Shown one piece after another: positions 41,084-50,749 of a stretch of DNA of 64,000 bases. The position numbers were made by a program, and so were the translations under genes. The stretch's first letter is position 1. Every line of letters starts with the position of its first letter. Source of the DNA: Verrucomicrobiota bacterium (GTDB taxonomy: Bacteria > Verrucomicrobiota > Lentisphaeria > Lentisphaerales > Lentisphaeraceae); NCBI GenBank assembly GCA_039798785.1, contig JBDKFG010000070.1, forward strand, positions 1 to 64,000, read 5' to 3'. The notes under the pieces are model-generated. The model searched no databases, was not told the DNA's origin, and saw only the letters and a list, made by a program, of their open reading frames with translations.

Positions 41084-42712
41084 TCAGACCTTGGGCAGAT
41101 CGGCGGCGGTGAGAAGCGGACCGGTGCTGCGGGTGGCCGCGGTACGCAGGCAGGAGGCAAGCTCGATCTCGTTGCCGCTCCAAGTGCGTCCGAGAAGACT
41201 GCGGCGGGCTTCGGGGTCGAGCTCGAGGTTGCGGCGGCCAGATTCGATGCGGGCGCGTTGGAAATAGAAGTCGACGAGGCTGGGCAGGTCGGCCTGGCGT
41301 TCGACCAGGCTGGGAAGCTGCAGGATGGAGCTGCCAAGGCGCTGGATCAGGGCAGGAACCAGACGCTGGCGAAGTTCGCTGACCGGCAAGGTGCTGGTGA
41401 AGATGAAGCGCGGGGCCTGGCGGATCGCGGTCTCGCCGAGGCTTTGCCATTCGAGCAGACGCTCGACCAGCAGCGACTGAACGTTGACTGGCAGGTGCTC
41501 ACAGTTCTCCAGCATCATGGTGCCGGCCTGGGCCTGGCGCAGGCGTCCTTGGAAGCCATTGCCGCCGAAGAGCTCTTCAATGACGTCGTGCCCGGCGATC
41601 TCAGCGCAGTTGACATGGAGCATCCGCAGCGACGAACGCTGGGAGTGCGAGTGGATGGCCTTGGCGTGAAGATGGAAATCACTGCCGCTGCAGCCGAGGA
41701 TCAGGGCTGGTCCCTCCTGGGGGCCGAGGACCAAAACCCGGTCCATCACCTGGGCTGCGGCCGGGGAGCTGCCAGGAAGCATCAGGCGAATGCTGCGGGT
41801 CTGCGGACCGACAGTGGGATGGTTGGCGATTGAAGCGAGGTGCAGACCGGCCTGCCAGCACAACGCCCGGGTGAAACCGAATTCGTCGTTGGTGAAGCTG
41901 CGCTGCGTGCTGTCGAGATAAACGACGCCATAGGGAGTCTTTTCGGGACGGAGCAGGGGGACGGATATGATCGAGCGAACCTTCTTGGCGCTCAGCTCGC
42001 GGCCGTCTGAAATCAAAGCCTGGGCGACGTTCTTCACCAGGACCGACTTGCCGTCGCTCAGAGAGCGCCGCAGGATGTCCTTGCTGATCCGGCTCTGATC
42101 CGGCTCCCCTTCGGCGGCGTCGAGGAAGCCGGCGTTGCTGCCGCGCTCAGGGTCGGCCAGACCGAGATAGATCTGGTCGAAGGTGAAGGCGTTCAGAAGG
42201 TTGGTGTCGAGAGTCTCGTAGACGTCCATTTCATTGGAGCAGGCGGTGATCTCGATGGAGCTGAGGACGAGGCGGCGGAGCCACTCGCTGGAAAGCTCCC
42301 GGCTGACGGCGTTGAGCAAGGGTTCGCTGGCGAGGTACTCGACCGTGTCGGCGAAGGACTCCTGCAGGTTGCTCAAGGTCTTGTGGCCCGAGTTCTGGCT
42401 GGCTTTCGGGCGGTTGCTAGCGGAAGAGGCTCCGTCGGCAGTGAACATAAGCTCGACAGGCCCGAGAGTGATGCGGTCTCCAGGTGCCAGGAAGGCACGC
42501 TCGGTCTGGCGTCCGTTGACCGATATGCCGTTGCGGCTGCCGAGGTCGACCACCTCCCAGACTCCATTGGCGGAAAGGATCTGGGCGTGCTTGCGGGAGA
42601 CGCCTTCGTTGTCGATGAAAATACTGGTGTCGCTGCCTCTGCCGAGTGTTTCAGTCATCTGGCCTTTCAAGATGAAGATCTGGCCGTTGTCGAGTCTGAT
42701 CAAGCTTGGCAT
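41084..42712 (-). CDS. FHA + GAF + degenerate sigma-54-interaction (AAA+) domain protein
   Basis: LGRG..VSRKHA..DLGSRNG (FHA); SIISVPL..GVVYLD (GAF); VNCAE..EELFG..QAQAGTM.L..W.GNEIEL. Confidence 0.85.
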   Translation of the reverse strand: MPSLIRLDNGQIFILKGQMTETLGRGSDTSIFIDNEGVSRKHAQILSANGVWEVVDLGSRNGISVNGRQTERAFLAPGDRITLGPVELMFTADGASSASNRPKASQNSGHKTLSNLQESFADTVEYLASEPLLNAVSRELSSEWLRRLVLSSIEITACSNEMDVYETLDTNLLNAFTFDQIYLGLADPERGSNAGFLDAAEGEPDQSRISKDILRRSLSDGKSVLVKNVAQALISDGRELSAKKVRSIISVPLLRPEKTPYGVVYLDSTQRSFTNDEFGFTRALCWQAGLHLASIANHPTVGPQTRSIRLMLPGSSPAAAQVMDRVLVLGPQEGPALILGCSGSDFHLHAKAIHSHSQRSSLRMLHVNCAEIAGHDVIEELFGGNGFQGRLRQAQAGTMMLENCEHLPVNVQSLLVERLLEWQSLGETAIRQAPRFIFTSTLPVSELRQRLVPALIQRLGSSILQLPSLVERQADLPSLVDFYFQRARIESGRRNLELDPEARRSLLGRTWSGNEIELASCLRTAATRSTGPLLTAADLPKV

Positions 42713-42947
42713 TTAGGCCCCCGGTGCATTCGTTTGGATTATCTGCTCAATCTAAAGGGGGGTGTTGATCCGACAAGAGCTCATGTCAGAATTCAAGTTT
42801 TATCCCTCGCTGTGACTGGATGTTACCACCAAATGCCCGCCGCTTCCTGCCCGGATGAAGGACGGGTGCCGATCCGGCGGAAGCAGGGCTCGCGGATGTA
42901 GAGTGCAAGCTGAGCTCAATAAGCTCCGGTTGAGGTCTAGGCTTCCG

Positions 42948-45900
42948 CTATTTCTTGATCACCACGTCGCTCTGCAGGACGAAGAGTGCGAGATCCTGCA
43001 TCTTGGCGCCTTCTTTGATCAGCCGGGTCGCCTCGGCGCGAAGCCAGACTTCTTCGCCATAACTGAGGCTCCGGCCGGCGGCGTAGGAGGCAAAATGCTT
43101 CATGAAGCTGTAGGCGATCTGGTCAGGCCGCTGCTTGGCAAGATAAGCCTTGAGGCCGTCAAGATCCTTCACTTCTGTGCCGTCCGGCAGCTTTGCGTCT
43201 GCCGCAGCCTTGGGCTTGTAGCGTCCCGCTGCGTCGAAGGTCTCGAAGGGAATGCCCCAGGGGTCGATTTTTTCATGGCATTTGACGCAGCCCGGTTGCG
43301 AGCGGTGAAGCTCCAGGCGTTGGCGGAGGGTCATCTCCTTGCTGCCGCTCTTGTCGATCCCGGGGACGTTGGGCGGCGGATCGCCTGGCGGCTCGGCGAC
43401 GATCTTGCGTGCCAGCCATGCGCCGCGCTTGACCGGGTGCGACTCGTGACCGTCGGAAAGACCGGTGAGCAAGGCTACTTGCGACAGCAGGCCTCCGAGT
43501 TCGCGGCGCGTGGCGGTAGAGACCGGGACGAAGTCGAAGCCGGAATTGGGAGACGGCAGCTTGTAGTAGGCTGCGGTGAGATCATTGGCCATGATGAAGT
43601 CGCTCTCCACCAAATGGCTCACCGGCAGGTTCTGGCGGAGGAGGTGCTTGACGAACTCCACCGGCTCGCGACGAAGCTGCGCCCGGGCGTTCTTGTGCAG
43701 ATCCTTGAACTTGCGTTCATCGACCGCGACAGTGTCGAACTTGTCGAGCTGCAGCCACTGGCGGACGAAGGTCTCAAGGCCTTGCTCAGCGCGTGAATCG
43801 AGCAGCATTTTCTGAAGTCGGGACGGGAGCTCGCGGCGCAAGGCGCCGCTTTCGGCGGCGGCGATCAAGGCGCTTTCGGGAGGGCGGTTCCACAAGGCGT
43901 AGCTGATCTTGGCGGCGAGCTCGGTGCCGCTGAGATCCTCCTTGGCGGGAGAGGGGCTGTCCTCGATCAGGTAGAGGAACTGCGGCGAGGTGAGGACACA
44001 GAGAAGGGCATCCTTCACGGCGGCGCGGAAATCAGGCTTCGCTGCATAGGCGTCCTTCCAGATCTTCAGCATCGCCTCGATCTCGCCGGGACTGACGCTG
44101 CGCCGCCAGGCTCGCGGCATGAAGGCGGCGAGAATTTCGCGAGCATAGGTTTCAGGTTGATCCTGGTGGGGCGAGGCGATGAAGATGTCGCTGTGGCTCT
44201 TCGGCGGCCAGGAGTCATAGACCGGTCCTTCGAACTCGACCGACTGGACGAGTAGACGAGGCACGTCCCGTCCATCGGTGTATTCCGAGCGGACGCCGAT
44301 CTCGCGCAGACCGGCGAGGTAGTTGTCGTTCTCCTCCACCATCGAAGGAGCGGGGAAGTCATTGATCGAACCCTCGAAGGTATAAATCTGTGGTGTCGAC
44401 GACTTCACTTCGTCGGGCATGCGTACCGGCACCAGGCTGTGGCCGTCGTCGCGGCGGAAGCCGAGATGGACGCCGAGGCGGGGATTGGTGCGTTGATAGG
44501 CGGCGAACCGCTCGGCGGCAGGGCTTCCGGCGGCGACAGGGCTCAGCTTGGCGGACAGGATCTTGGTGCTGGGTTCGACGGTCAGGGCCACCGGCAAGTC
44601 GCCAGCCTCAAGATGAACGAGGAAGAAGCCTTCGTGCTTCTCCTTGGGAGCGCCGGAGAATTGGCGTTCGGCGACTTTTTTGCCCTTTTGGGAAAAGGTG
44701 ATCTTGGCGCCCTCGAAACGCTGTTCGAACCCCCCGCGGTTGAAGACCGTGAGGCTGTCGGCTCGAACCGATTCGGGGAACTTCAATTCCAGCCAGGGAT
44801 TGTTTTCGAAGCCGGTGTGGGCGAGGTTGCTTTTGTTGCCGTCGACCAGATTCTGCGGAGCGAACTGATCCTGCATGTCGTAGAGAGAGGAGCCTAAGAC
44901 GGTGCTTCTGGGCGCGATGTTTTTGCCTCCTTGATAGATTTCGACTTCATGGAGGTTGATCACCTTGTTTTTGCCGGGGACGGTGATCCTGGCAGTGTCA
45001 AATTCGAATTTCGCCAGGTCGTCAAGGCTCAGCTCAAGCTGCGACACGAAAGCGCCGTTGAGACGGACTCCGAATTCCCTTGTCCCAAGCTTGATGTTGA
45101 GTTTGTCGACCTTGTCGGAGCTGGCATAGCGGAGATCGAGCTGATAGATGCCGCTTTTCGGCACCTTGACCCGGCTCGACTGGCTGATCTCGATGCCTGC
45201 CGGAGCGTTTATGGGCTTGCTGCCGGCATCGAGCGGCAACATGTCGTCGTAGCGGGCCGCCTTGACCTTGACACGGAATTTCCCGCCGGCGGGAAGCTCG
45301 CGCAAGGAAATCTTGAAGTTCGGCGTGGTGCCCATGGTGCTACCTTGGCCAAACATCTCGTTCACCGGAATCGACGGACGCAGAAGCAAGCCCTCGTCGA
45401 TGATGCTGTAGGGCTCGCCCTTGGGGTAGCCGCCGCCGCCACGGAGACAGGCGTAGACGGCGTGCTGGAGTCCGTCGAAATGGCGCCAGCCCCGGACGGT
45501 GTCGTTGCCTCGATAGCCCTCGATGAAGTCATAGGATTTGCGCATCGCGAATGGCTTGATAGGGAAATTTTTGACCGCAGTCAACTCGGTGATTCTGTGA
45601 TCGTCGTTGGCGAGTAACTCCGAGCCGGCGCCGAGGATGAGATTCTCCTTCGAGGCCTTGGGGTTGACGCCGTGGCCGAGATCGATGCGGAAGTTTTGGA
45701 CCACCGGGGGCGTTTTCGGATCGACGATGATCATATCGAGCGCCTGGCAGGCGATTTCCATGTAGGACTCCAGCTGCAGAGGGCTCATCGACAGGATCTG
45801 GGTGTTGTTGGCGAATCCTTCCTTCGACAATCCTTCTTCAGGCAGGACGCGCGCCAGGTTTTCGTCGAGCCCGAGGAGATCTTGCAGAGTGTTGCGGTAT

Positions 45901-46274
45901 TCCAGGCGGGTGAGGCGGCGGATCTGTCCATTCCGGAATTTGTCGCGCTCCAAAGCTTTCTTGATGCCGCCATCGATGAAGGCGAGCAGCGCCTGCCTTT
46001 CCTCGGCGCTCGGTTGCGGCTTCTCCTCCGGCGGCATCTCCTCCTCTTCCAGCTCTTTGCGGATCTCGCGCCAAAGCTGCAAATGGCGATCCTCGAAGGC
46101 CGGGGTAAGGAGGTCGACCCGGATCCCCGACTTCATCTTCTCAGCTCCGTGGCAGGAAGTGCAGTATTTCTCCATCAAAGGCTTGATCTTGTCGTGATAC
46201 TCCTTCTCCTCGGCCGCACGCGCCTGGAGAGCATTGATGGAAAGCAGCAAAAGAGCGGGAATTCGCAGAATCAT
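42948..46274 (-). CDS. DUF1592/DUF1588/DUF1587-family (planctomycete cytochrome c-type) protein with a discoidin-like insert
   Basis: Signal peptide; CTSCH..MPPE; RRLTRLEYRNTLQDL; LTSPQFLY; HPVKRGAW; CVKCHEKIDPWG; insert NLVDGN..AHT..NPWLEL. Confidence 0.88.
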   Translation of the reverse strand: MILRIPALLLLSINALQARAAEEKEYHDKIKPLMEKYCTSCHGAEKMKSGIRVDLLTPAFEDRHLQLWREIRKELEEEEMPPEEKPQPSAEERQALLAFIDGGIKKALERDKFRNGQIRRLTRLEYRNTLQDLLGLDENLARVLPEEGLSKEGFANNTQILSMSPLQLESYMEIACQALDMIIVDPKTPPVVQNFRIDLGHGVNPKASKENLILGAGSELLANDDHRITELTAVKNFPIKPFAMRKSYDFIEGYRGNDTVRGWRHFDGLQHAVYACLRGGGGYPKGEPYSIIDEGLLLRPSIPVNEMFGQGSTMGTTPNFKISLRELPAGGKFRVKVKAARYDDMLPLDAGSKPINAPAGIEISQSSRVKVPKSGIYQLDLRYASSDKVDKLNIKLGTREFGVRLNGAFVSQLELSLDDLAKFEFDTARITVPGKNKVINLHEVEIYQGGKNIAPRSTVLGSSLYDMQDQFAPQNLVDGNKSNLAHTGFENNPWLELKFPESVRADSLTVFNRGGFEQRFEGAKITFSQKGKKVAERQFSGAPKEKHEGFFLVHLEAGDLPVALTVEPSTKILSAKLSPVAAGSPAAERFAAYQRTNPRLGVHLGFRRDDGHSLVPVRMPDEVKSSTPQIYTFEGSINDFPAPSMVEENDNYLAGLREIGVRSEYTDGRDVPRLLVQSVEFEGPVYDSWPPKSHSDIFIASPHQDQPETYAREILAAFMPRAWRRSVSPGEIEAMLKIWKDAYAAKPDFRAAVKDALLCVLTSPQFLYLIEDSPSPAKEDLSGTELAAKISYALWNRPPESALIAAAESGALRRELPSRLQKMLLDSRAEQGLETFVRQWLQLDKFDTVAVDERKFKDLHKNARAQLRREPVEFVKHLLRQNLPVSHLVESDFIMANDLTAAYYKLPSPNSGFDFVPVSTATRRELGGLLSQVALLTGLSDGHESHPVKRGAWLARKIVAEPPGDPPPNVPGIDKSGSKEMTLRQRLELHRSQPGCVKCHEKIDPWGIPFETFDAAGRYKPKAAADAKLPDGTEVKDLDGLKAYLAKQRPDQIAYSFMKHFASYAAGRSLSYGEEVWLRAEATRLIKEGAKMQDLALFVLQSDVVIKK

Positions 46275-46367
46275 GATTCACCTCGGCAGGTTTGGGATTC
46301 ACCACTGACATGCCGAAATCCCCTAGTGTTCCGCAAAGCATGAAAAAAATCCCCACTATTCAGAGAT

Positions 46368-46943
46368 TTAGCTGCCGTTGCCGTCCTCTTGGGTGACTTG
46401 CGGGCGGCACATATGTCGGCGGTAATGACACATTTCGGCCACGGATTCACGGATGTCGTCAAGGGCGCGGTGCTTGGTCTTTTTACTGAATTTCGGCACC
46501 ATCTCGCCGTACCAGCGCCAAGAGACTTCCTTGAAGGAGGAGACGTCGATGACCCGGTAATGGAGATGTTCCAGCAGCTTGGGCATGTAGTGGAAGAGGA
46601 ACATCCGATCCATGCCGATCGAATTGCCGCAGAGGGGGGACTTACCTGGCAGTGCGTATTGCTGAATGAACTCGAGCACCTGAGCTTCCGCATCAGCGAG
46701 GCTGATCTTGGAATCGCGGCAGGCCTGGGTCAGGCCGCTGCGTCCGTGATTCTCCCGGCACCAGGCATTCATGGCCGCCAAAGTCTCATCGGAAGCGTGA
46801 ATGACCAGATCAGGTCCTTCGGCGATGATTTCAAGATCCTTGTTGGTGATCAGGCAGGCTATTTCAAGAATGCTGTCGCGACGCGGGTCGAGGCCGGTCA
46901 TTTCAAGATCGATCCAGACGAGATTTCCAATTTCCGCAGACAT
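46368..46943 (-). CDS. orn: Oligoribonuclease
   Basis: WIDLEMTGL, LCGNSI..DR.FL, HYRVIDVSS.KE, HRALDDIRES. Confidence 0.96.
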   Translation of the reverse strand: MSAEIGNLVWIDLEMTGLDPRRDSILEIACLITNKDLEIIAEGPDLVIHASDETLAAMNAWCRENHGRSGLTQACRDSKISLADAEAQVLEFIQQYALPGKSPLCGNSIGMDRMFLFHYMPKLLEHLHYRVIDVSSFKEVSWRWYGEMVPKFSKKTKHRALDDIRESVAEMCHYRRHMCRPQVTQEDGNGS

Positions 46944-47014
46944 GAGGGCTCCCGAGCATTAGGAATTTCTAAGGTCATAGAATCCGGCCGGATCGAAAGG
47001 CCGTGCATTCTCGA

Positions 47015-48076
47015 TTATTGATTGTTCCTGCTGCGATTGGCGTCTACCAGGAGCGGCGCAAGTCCATCGCGGATGCGCAGGAGGTCCTCGGCGGCCTCAG
47101 TTGCGGTGGCGTAGCGATCATCGGGATCGCGAGCCATCATGGTGGCAAGCACTTCAGCGAGCCCGGCCGGGCAGTTGCGAATGACTTCGTCCAGACGGGG
47201 GGTGTTGTCGCGCAGGCGGGCGTTGAGCACTTCCAGCAGGCTGCCATAGTTGAAGGGCGGCGCGCCGGAGATGATGTGGAAGAGCGAGGTTCCTAGCGAG
47301 TAGATGTCGGCGCGGTTGTCCTGATGGCCGTCACTGGTGACCATTTCCGGGCTGACGTAGTACGGGGTGCCGATGATGGTCTTGGAATCGGTGACGGCGG
47401 TTTCGTGCGAGGAGACCAGGCCGAAATCGCAGAGCTTGACGCAGCCGTCGCTGGTGATCATGATGTTGTGCGGCTTGACGTCGCGGTGGATCATCAGGAA
47501 GTTGGACCAGACGTGGTCGAGAGCGTAGCAGACATGGGCGCCGACGGCGATGGCGTCTTCCGCAGGCATCGGACCGTAGCTTTCGAGGTATTCGGCGAGA
47601 TTCATCCCGTCGATCAGTTCCATGACGATGTGGAGAATGCCGTCGATTTCACCGCCGCCGAAGATCCGGACGATGTTGTCGTGGATCAGTTGCGAAGCCA
47701 TTTCGACCTCGGCGGCGAACTCCTTGCCGCCGTGCTCGTCGTCGCCGGGAGCGGTGTAGAAAAGCTTCAGCGCGTAGTCGTGGCCGGTGGCGAGATGGCG
47801 GCCACGGACGACCAAGGCGTTGCCGCCGGTGCCGAGCTTGTCCTCGATCTTATAGTCGCCGAAGATCACGAATGAGGATTCCGGATCCGGAAGATACAGG
47901 TTGAGCTTGCTGCAGCTGGTGCATCGTTCCAAGCCGCCGCTGCGGGGGACGGTGCTGTCGTAAAGGCGGCCGCAATGTTCGCAGGCGAGTTGCAAGGCAG
48001 GACTCCGGATCGTTTGTCTGAGACAGAGTTTACCGCGACATTGGAATTTTGTCGTGGGGATTCGCCGAGATGTCAA
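47015..48076 (-). CDS. Ser/Thr protein kinase with N-terminal Zn ribbon (start may be TTG at 47995)
   Basis: CEHC...CTSC; LGTGG, ALK, HRDVKPHN, DFG, GTPYYVSPE, DIYSLG. Confidence 0.92.
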   Translation of the reverse strand: MTSRRIPTTKFQCRGKLCLRQTIRSPALQLACEHCGRLYDSTVPRSGGLERCTSCSKLNLYLPDPESSFVIFGDYKIEDKLGTGGNALVVRGRHLATGHDYALKLFYTAPGDDEHGGKEFAAEVEMASQLIHDNIVRIFGGGEIDGILHIVMELIDGMNLAEYLESYGPMPAEDAIAVGAHVCYALDHVWSNFLMIHRDVKPHNIMITSDGCVKLCDFGLVSSHETAVTDSKTIIGTPYYVSPEMVTSDGHQDNRADIYSLGTSLFHIISGAPPFNYGSLLEVLNARLRDNTPRLDEVIRNCPAGLAEVLATMMARDPDDRYATATEAAEDLLRIRDGLAPLLVDANRSRNNQ

Positions 48077-48100
48077 CAGAAGCCGTGGCGGAGACGGGAC

Positions 48101-49171
48101 TCACTCCGCCTCCTTGCCGCGGACGAGACTGCCGGGATCGCGCTCCAGAGTGGTCAAAAGAGCGTCGAGCGCGCTGAGTGTGTCGCGCAGGCGTTTCAGG
48201 GTCAGCTGCACTTCTTCGGAGCTTTCGGTCAGAGCCAGGGAGGAGGCTGCGAGGTTTTTCTCGGCCGCTGGCCGGAAGGCGGAGATGTCCTTGCCGGCCT
48301 GGGCGAGGGACAAAGCGGCGTCTCGCATCGGCTCCTCGATGTTGCGGGTGCTGGAGCTCAGTTGCGCGAGGGTGGCGCGGGCCTGTTTAGAGACGGCCTC
48401 GAGCTCCATAGCCGCGACTTGCTTTTTCAATTCCAGCGAGCTTTCATTGGCTGAAGCGAGCAGTTTTTCAGCCTGGCTGAGGATTGCCGCCAGGCGCTCG
48501 TCATTGAAGCGTGCATCGAGCCGCGAGCTCAGTTCTGCGAGATGGAAGCTGCTGCTCTCGAGGTTGCTGACGATCTGGCCGACGGCTTTGCTCTCGAGTA
48601 TCCGGTTGGCATTGGCGAAGGACTTTTGCGCCTCAGTGGCGAGTCCGGCGATATCGAGACTGGCAAGACGGGAAATCGAGCGGTCGATCTTCTCCATGGC
48701 GCCGGCGAGGGCTGAGCGTTTCGACGGAATGAAGCGGTCGTCATCGCCGGGGCCGTCGACCTCAAGTTCCTCGGCTTTGCGGTAGTCGAGCTGGACGAAC
48801 TTGAGTCCGGTGATGCCGGTGTACTCGAGCTGGGCCCTCAGTCCCTTCTTGACTTCGTCCCGGATGGTTTGGCGGAACCAGTCGCGGTCTCCCGGCTGTT
48901 CACCGGGATTCATCGAGCTGATCTCGCAGGTGAACTCGACCCGGATGCGCTGGCCCGCGATGGTGATCCGCTTCACCTTGCCGAGCGTGACTCCCTTGAA
49001 TCGCAGCGCTGCGCCGGGCTCGAGCCCCTGCACCGGCTCGTCGAAATAGGTATAGAACTGCACGGTCGGTTCAAAAGCCCGGCGCAGGCCGAAGGCGAAA
49101 AGCCCGGCGATGAACAAGGTCAATCCAGCAAGGAGGAAGAGGCCGAGGCGGAGGCGTGAAGGGTCGATCAT
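48101..49171 (-). CDS. MlaD/MCE-domain protein
   Basis: RLGLFLL TM; F.EPVQGL.PGA..RFKGV.LGKV; GITGLKFVQL; helical tail ending LERDPGSLVRG. Confidence 0.9.
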   Translation of the reverse strand: MIDPSRLRLGLFLLAGLTLFIAGLFAFGLRRAFEPTVQFYTYFDEPVQGLEPGAALRFKGVTLGKVKRITIAGQRIRVEFTCEISSMNPGEQPGDRDWFRQTIRDEVKKGLRAQLEYTGITGLKFVQLDYRKAEELEVDGPGDDDRFIPSKRSALAGAMEKIDRSISRLASLDIAGLATEAQKSFANANRILESKAVGQIVSNLESSSFHLAELSSRLDARFNDERLAAILSQAEKLLASANESSLELKKQVAAMELEAVSKQARATLAQLSSSTRNIEEPMRDAALSLAQAGKDISAFRPAAEKNLAASSLALTESSEEVQLTLKRLRDTLSALDALLTTLERDPGSLVRGKEAE

Positions 49172-49231
49172 GGATTTCAGGGGGTGAAAGGGTTTTAGGG
49201 GGTGAAGGAGCGACTTTGCGTAGCGGCTGGA

Positions 49232-49259
49232 TCGAACTTTAAACCTTAAACTTTAAACT
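49232..49259. repeat. Heptamer tandem repeat (TTAAACT-type) overlapping the RlmD-like stop codon
   Basis: tcgaact ttaaacc ttaaact ttaaact. Confidence 0.8.
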
Positions 49260-50461
49260 CGTTCCAGCAGGACGAGTGTTTCGAAATGCCAAGTCTGGGG
49301 GAACATGTCGAACTGGACGAGGCGAGTGGGGCGGTAGCGACGGGCGAGGATGCCGAGGTCATCGAGCAGCGAAGCTGGGTGGCAGGATAGGTAGGCGAGT
49401 CGTCCGGGTGCCAGATCGAGAATGCGGCGCAGGGCCATCTCCTCCATTCCGGCGCGGGGCGGGTTGAGAATGGCGAAGCCGGGGACTTCCGTCCATGTCG
49501 CGAGAAAATCCTTGACGTCCTGCTCGACGATGTCGAGATGGGTGATTCCCGCGGCAGCGGCGTTGCGACGGGCCATGAGCACATTGTCGGGAAAGTTCTC
49601 GACGGCGACGATCCGCCGGGCCGACTCGCCGCAGACCAGGGCCATGGTGCAAGTTCCGGAGTAGAGATCGAGGAGCAGCTCGGGCCGGACGCTTTCGACC
49701 GCATCGCGTATGGCGCCATAGGCGAGGCTGGCCACCTCTGCGTTGGACTGGAAGAAGGTGCTGGGACCGAGGACGAAGCGCTTGCCGAGGATCTCCTCCT
49801 CGATGAACGCGGACCCCCAGTGTCGGAAGCTGTCGCCCACGGAGATGTCGGCCTTGCCGCTGCTGACTATCCAATGGAAGGAGTGCACCGAGCCGTCGCC
49901 GATGAACTCCTGGGCCAGGCTTTCGATCGAGGATGAGTGATCCTGGGTGGCGGTGATGAGGCAGAGGAGCTGCTGGCCGAGGCGGGTGCGGCGGACGATG
50001 ATGTAGCGCAAATCGCCGCCGCTATGCTTGAGGCTGTCGTAGGCCGGTATGCCGAGCCTGGCGCAGGCTTCCGCGCAGCGACGGAAGACGAACTGCGAGG
50101 GCTCAGGGTTGAGGAGGCATTCGGGCGTGGCGACGATGGCGCGCGGATTGTGGCAGTGGCGGAGACCGGCAGCGTTTGCTGCGACTGCGAAATCCATCCT
50201 CTGACGATAATGGAAAGGCTGCGGGCTGGCGACCATCTCATGCTCGACCCCGGAGAAAAAACGGTCGAAGCCACGGCTCTGGATGAGCTGGGCGAGTGAG
50301 CGCCTCTTCGCCTCCAGCTGATGCTCGTAGCTGAGCTCCTGCAGATCGCAGCCGCCGCAGCTGTGGTAGTGACGGCAGGGCGCGAGCTGTTCAGGCAGCC
50401 CTTGCTTCGCCGCGGCGTAGAGCTTCTCCTGCTTCTCCCTGCTGCCAATGCCTCTGGCCAT
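49253..50461 (-). CDS. RlmD/TrmA-family rRNA (uracil-C5)-methyltransferase
   Basis: CRHYHSCGGCDLQ, FFQSN, DLYSG.., NPPRAG, YLSCHP, DMFPQTWHFE. Confidence 0.9.
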   Translation of the reverse strand: MARGIGSREKQEKLYAAAKQGLPEQLAPCRHYHSCGGCDLQELSYEHQLEAKRRSLAQLIQSRGFDRFFSGVEHEMVASPQPFHYRQRMDFAVAANAAGLRHCHNPRAIVATPECLLNPEPSQFVFRRCAEACARLGIPAYDSLKHSGGDLRYIIVRRTRLGQQLLCLITATQDHSSSIESLAQEFIGDGSVHSFHWIVSSGKADISVGDSFRHWGSAFIEEEILGKRFVLGPSTFFQSNAEVASLAYGAIRDAVESVRPELLLDLYSGTCTMALVCGESARRIVAVENFPDNVLMARRNAAAAGITHLDIVEQDVKDFLATWTEVPGFAILNPPRAGMEEMALRRILDLAPGRLAYLSCHPASLLDDLGILARRYRPTRLVQFDMFPQTWHFETLVLLERV

Positions 50462-50648
50462 TCAGGAAATTCCTGCGGACTTGTGGAAGTCTCTCATGGC
50501 TTGGATCTGGATCGGGACGGATGGCTTGGTCATGTGGACTGTGGGGTTGCTTGAGGTGTCGGCAGTATACCGTGCAAGAAGCCATTCTCAAGGCTTGGGC
50601 GTCAAGAGCGAAAAGCCGGGACAGGAACACCTGGCCCGGCTAGGAGAA

Positions 50649-50749
50649 TTAACCTGGATTCCGAAGCTGAGCTTGGGCTCAGCTCGGGAATCCGATTCAA
50701 GATTCAAAATTCAAGATTCAACAGAACGCGAACAAAATCAAAGATTTAA
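50649..50749 (-). repeat. TTAA-bounded miniature repeat element, copy 2
   Basis: Reverse complement of 24047-24132 plus a 16-nt internal segment; the terminal TTAA contains the sulfatase stop codon. Confidence 0.85.

Noticed and set aside
41082..41450. N-terminal extension of the RsmI-like ORF
   Set aside because: It overlaps the 3' end of the FHA-GAF gene in another frame; homology begins near 41081.
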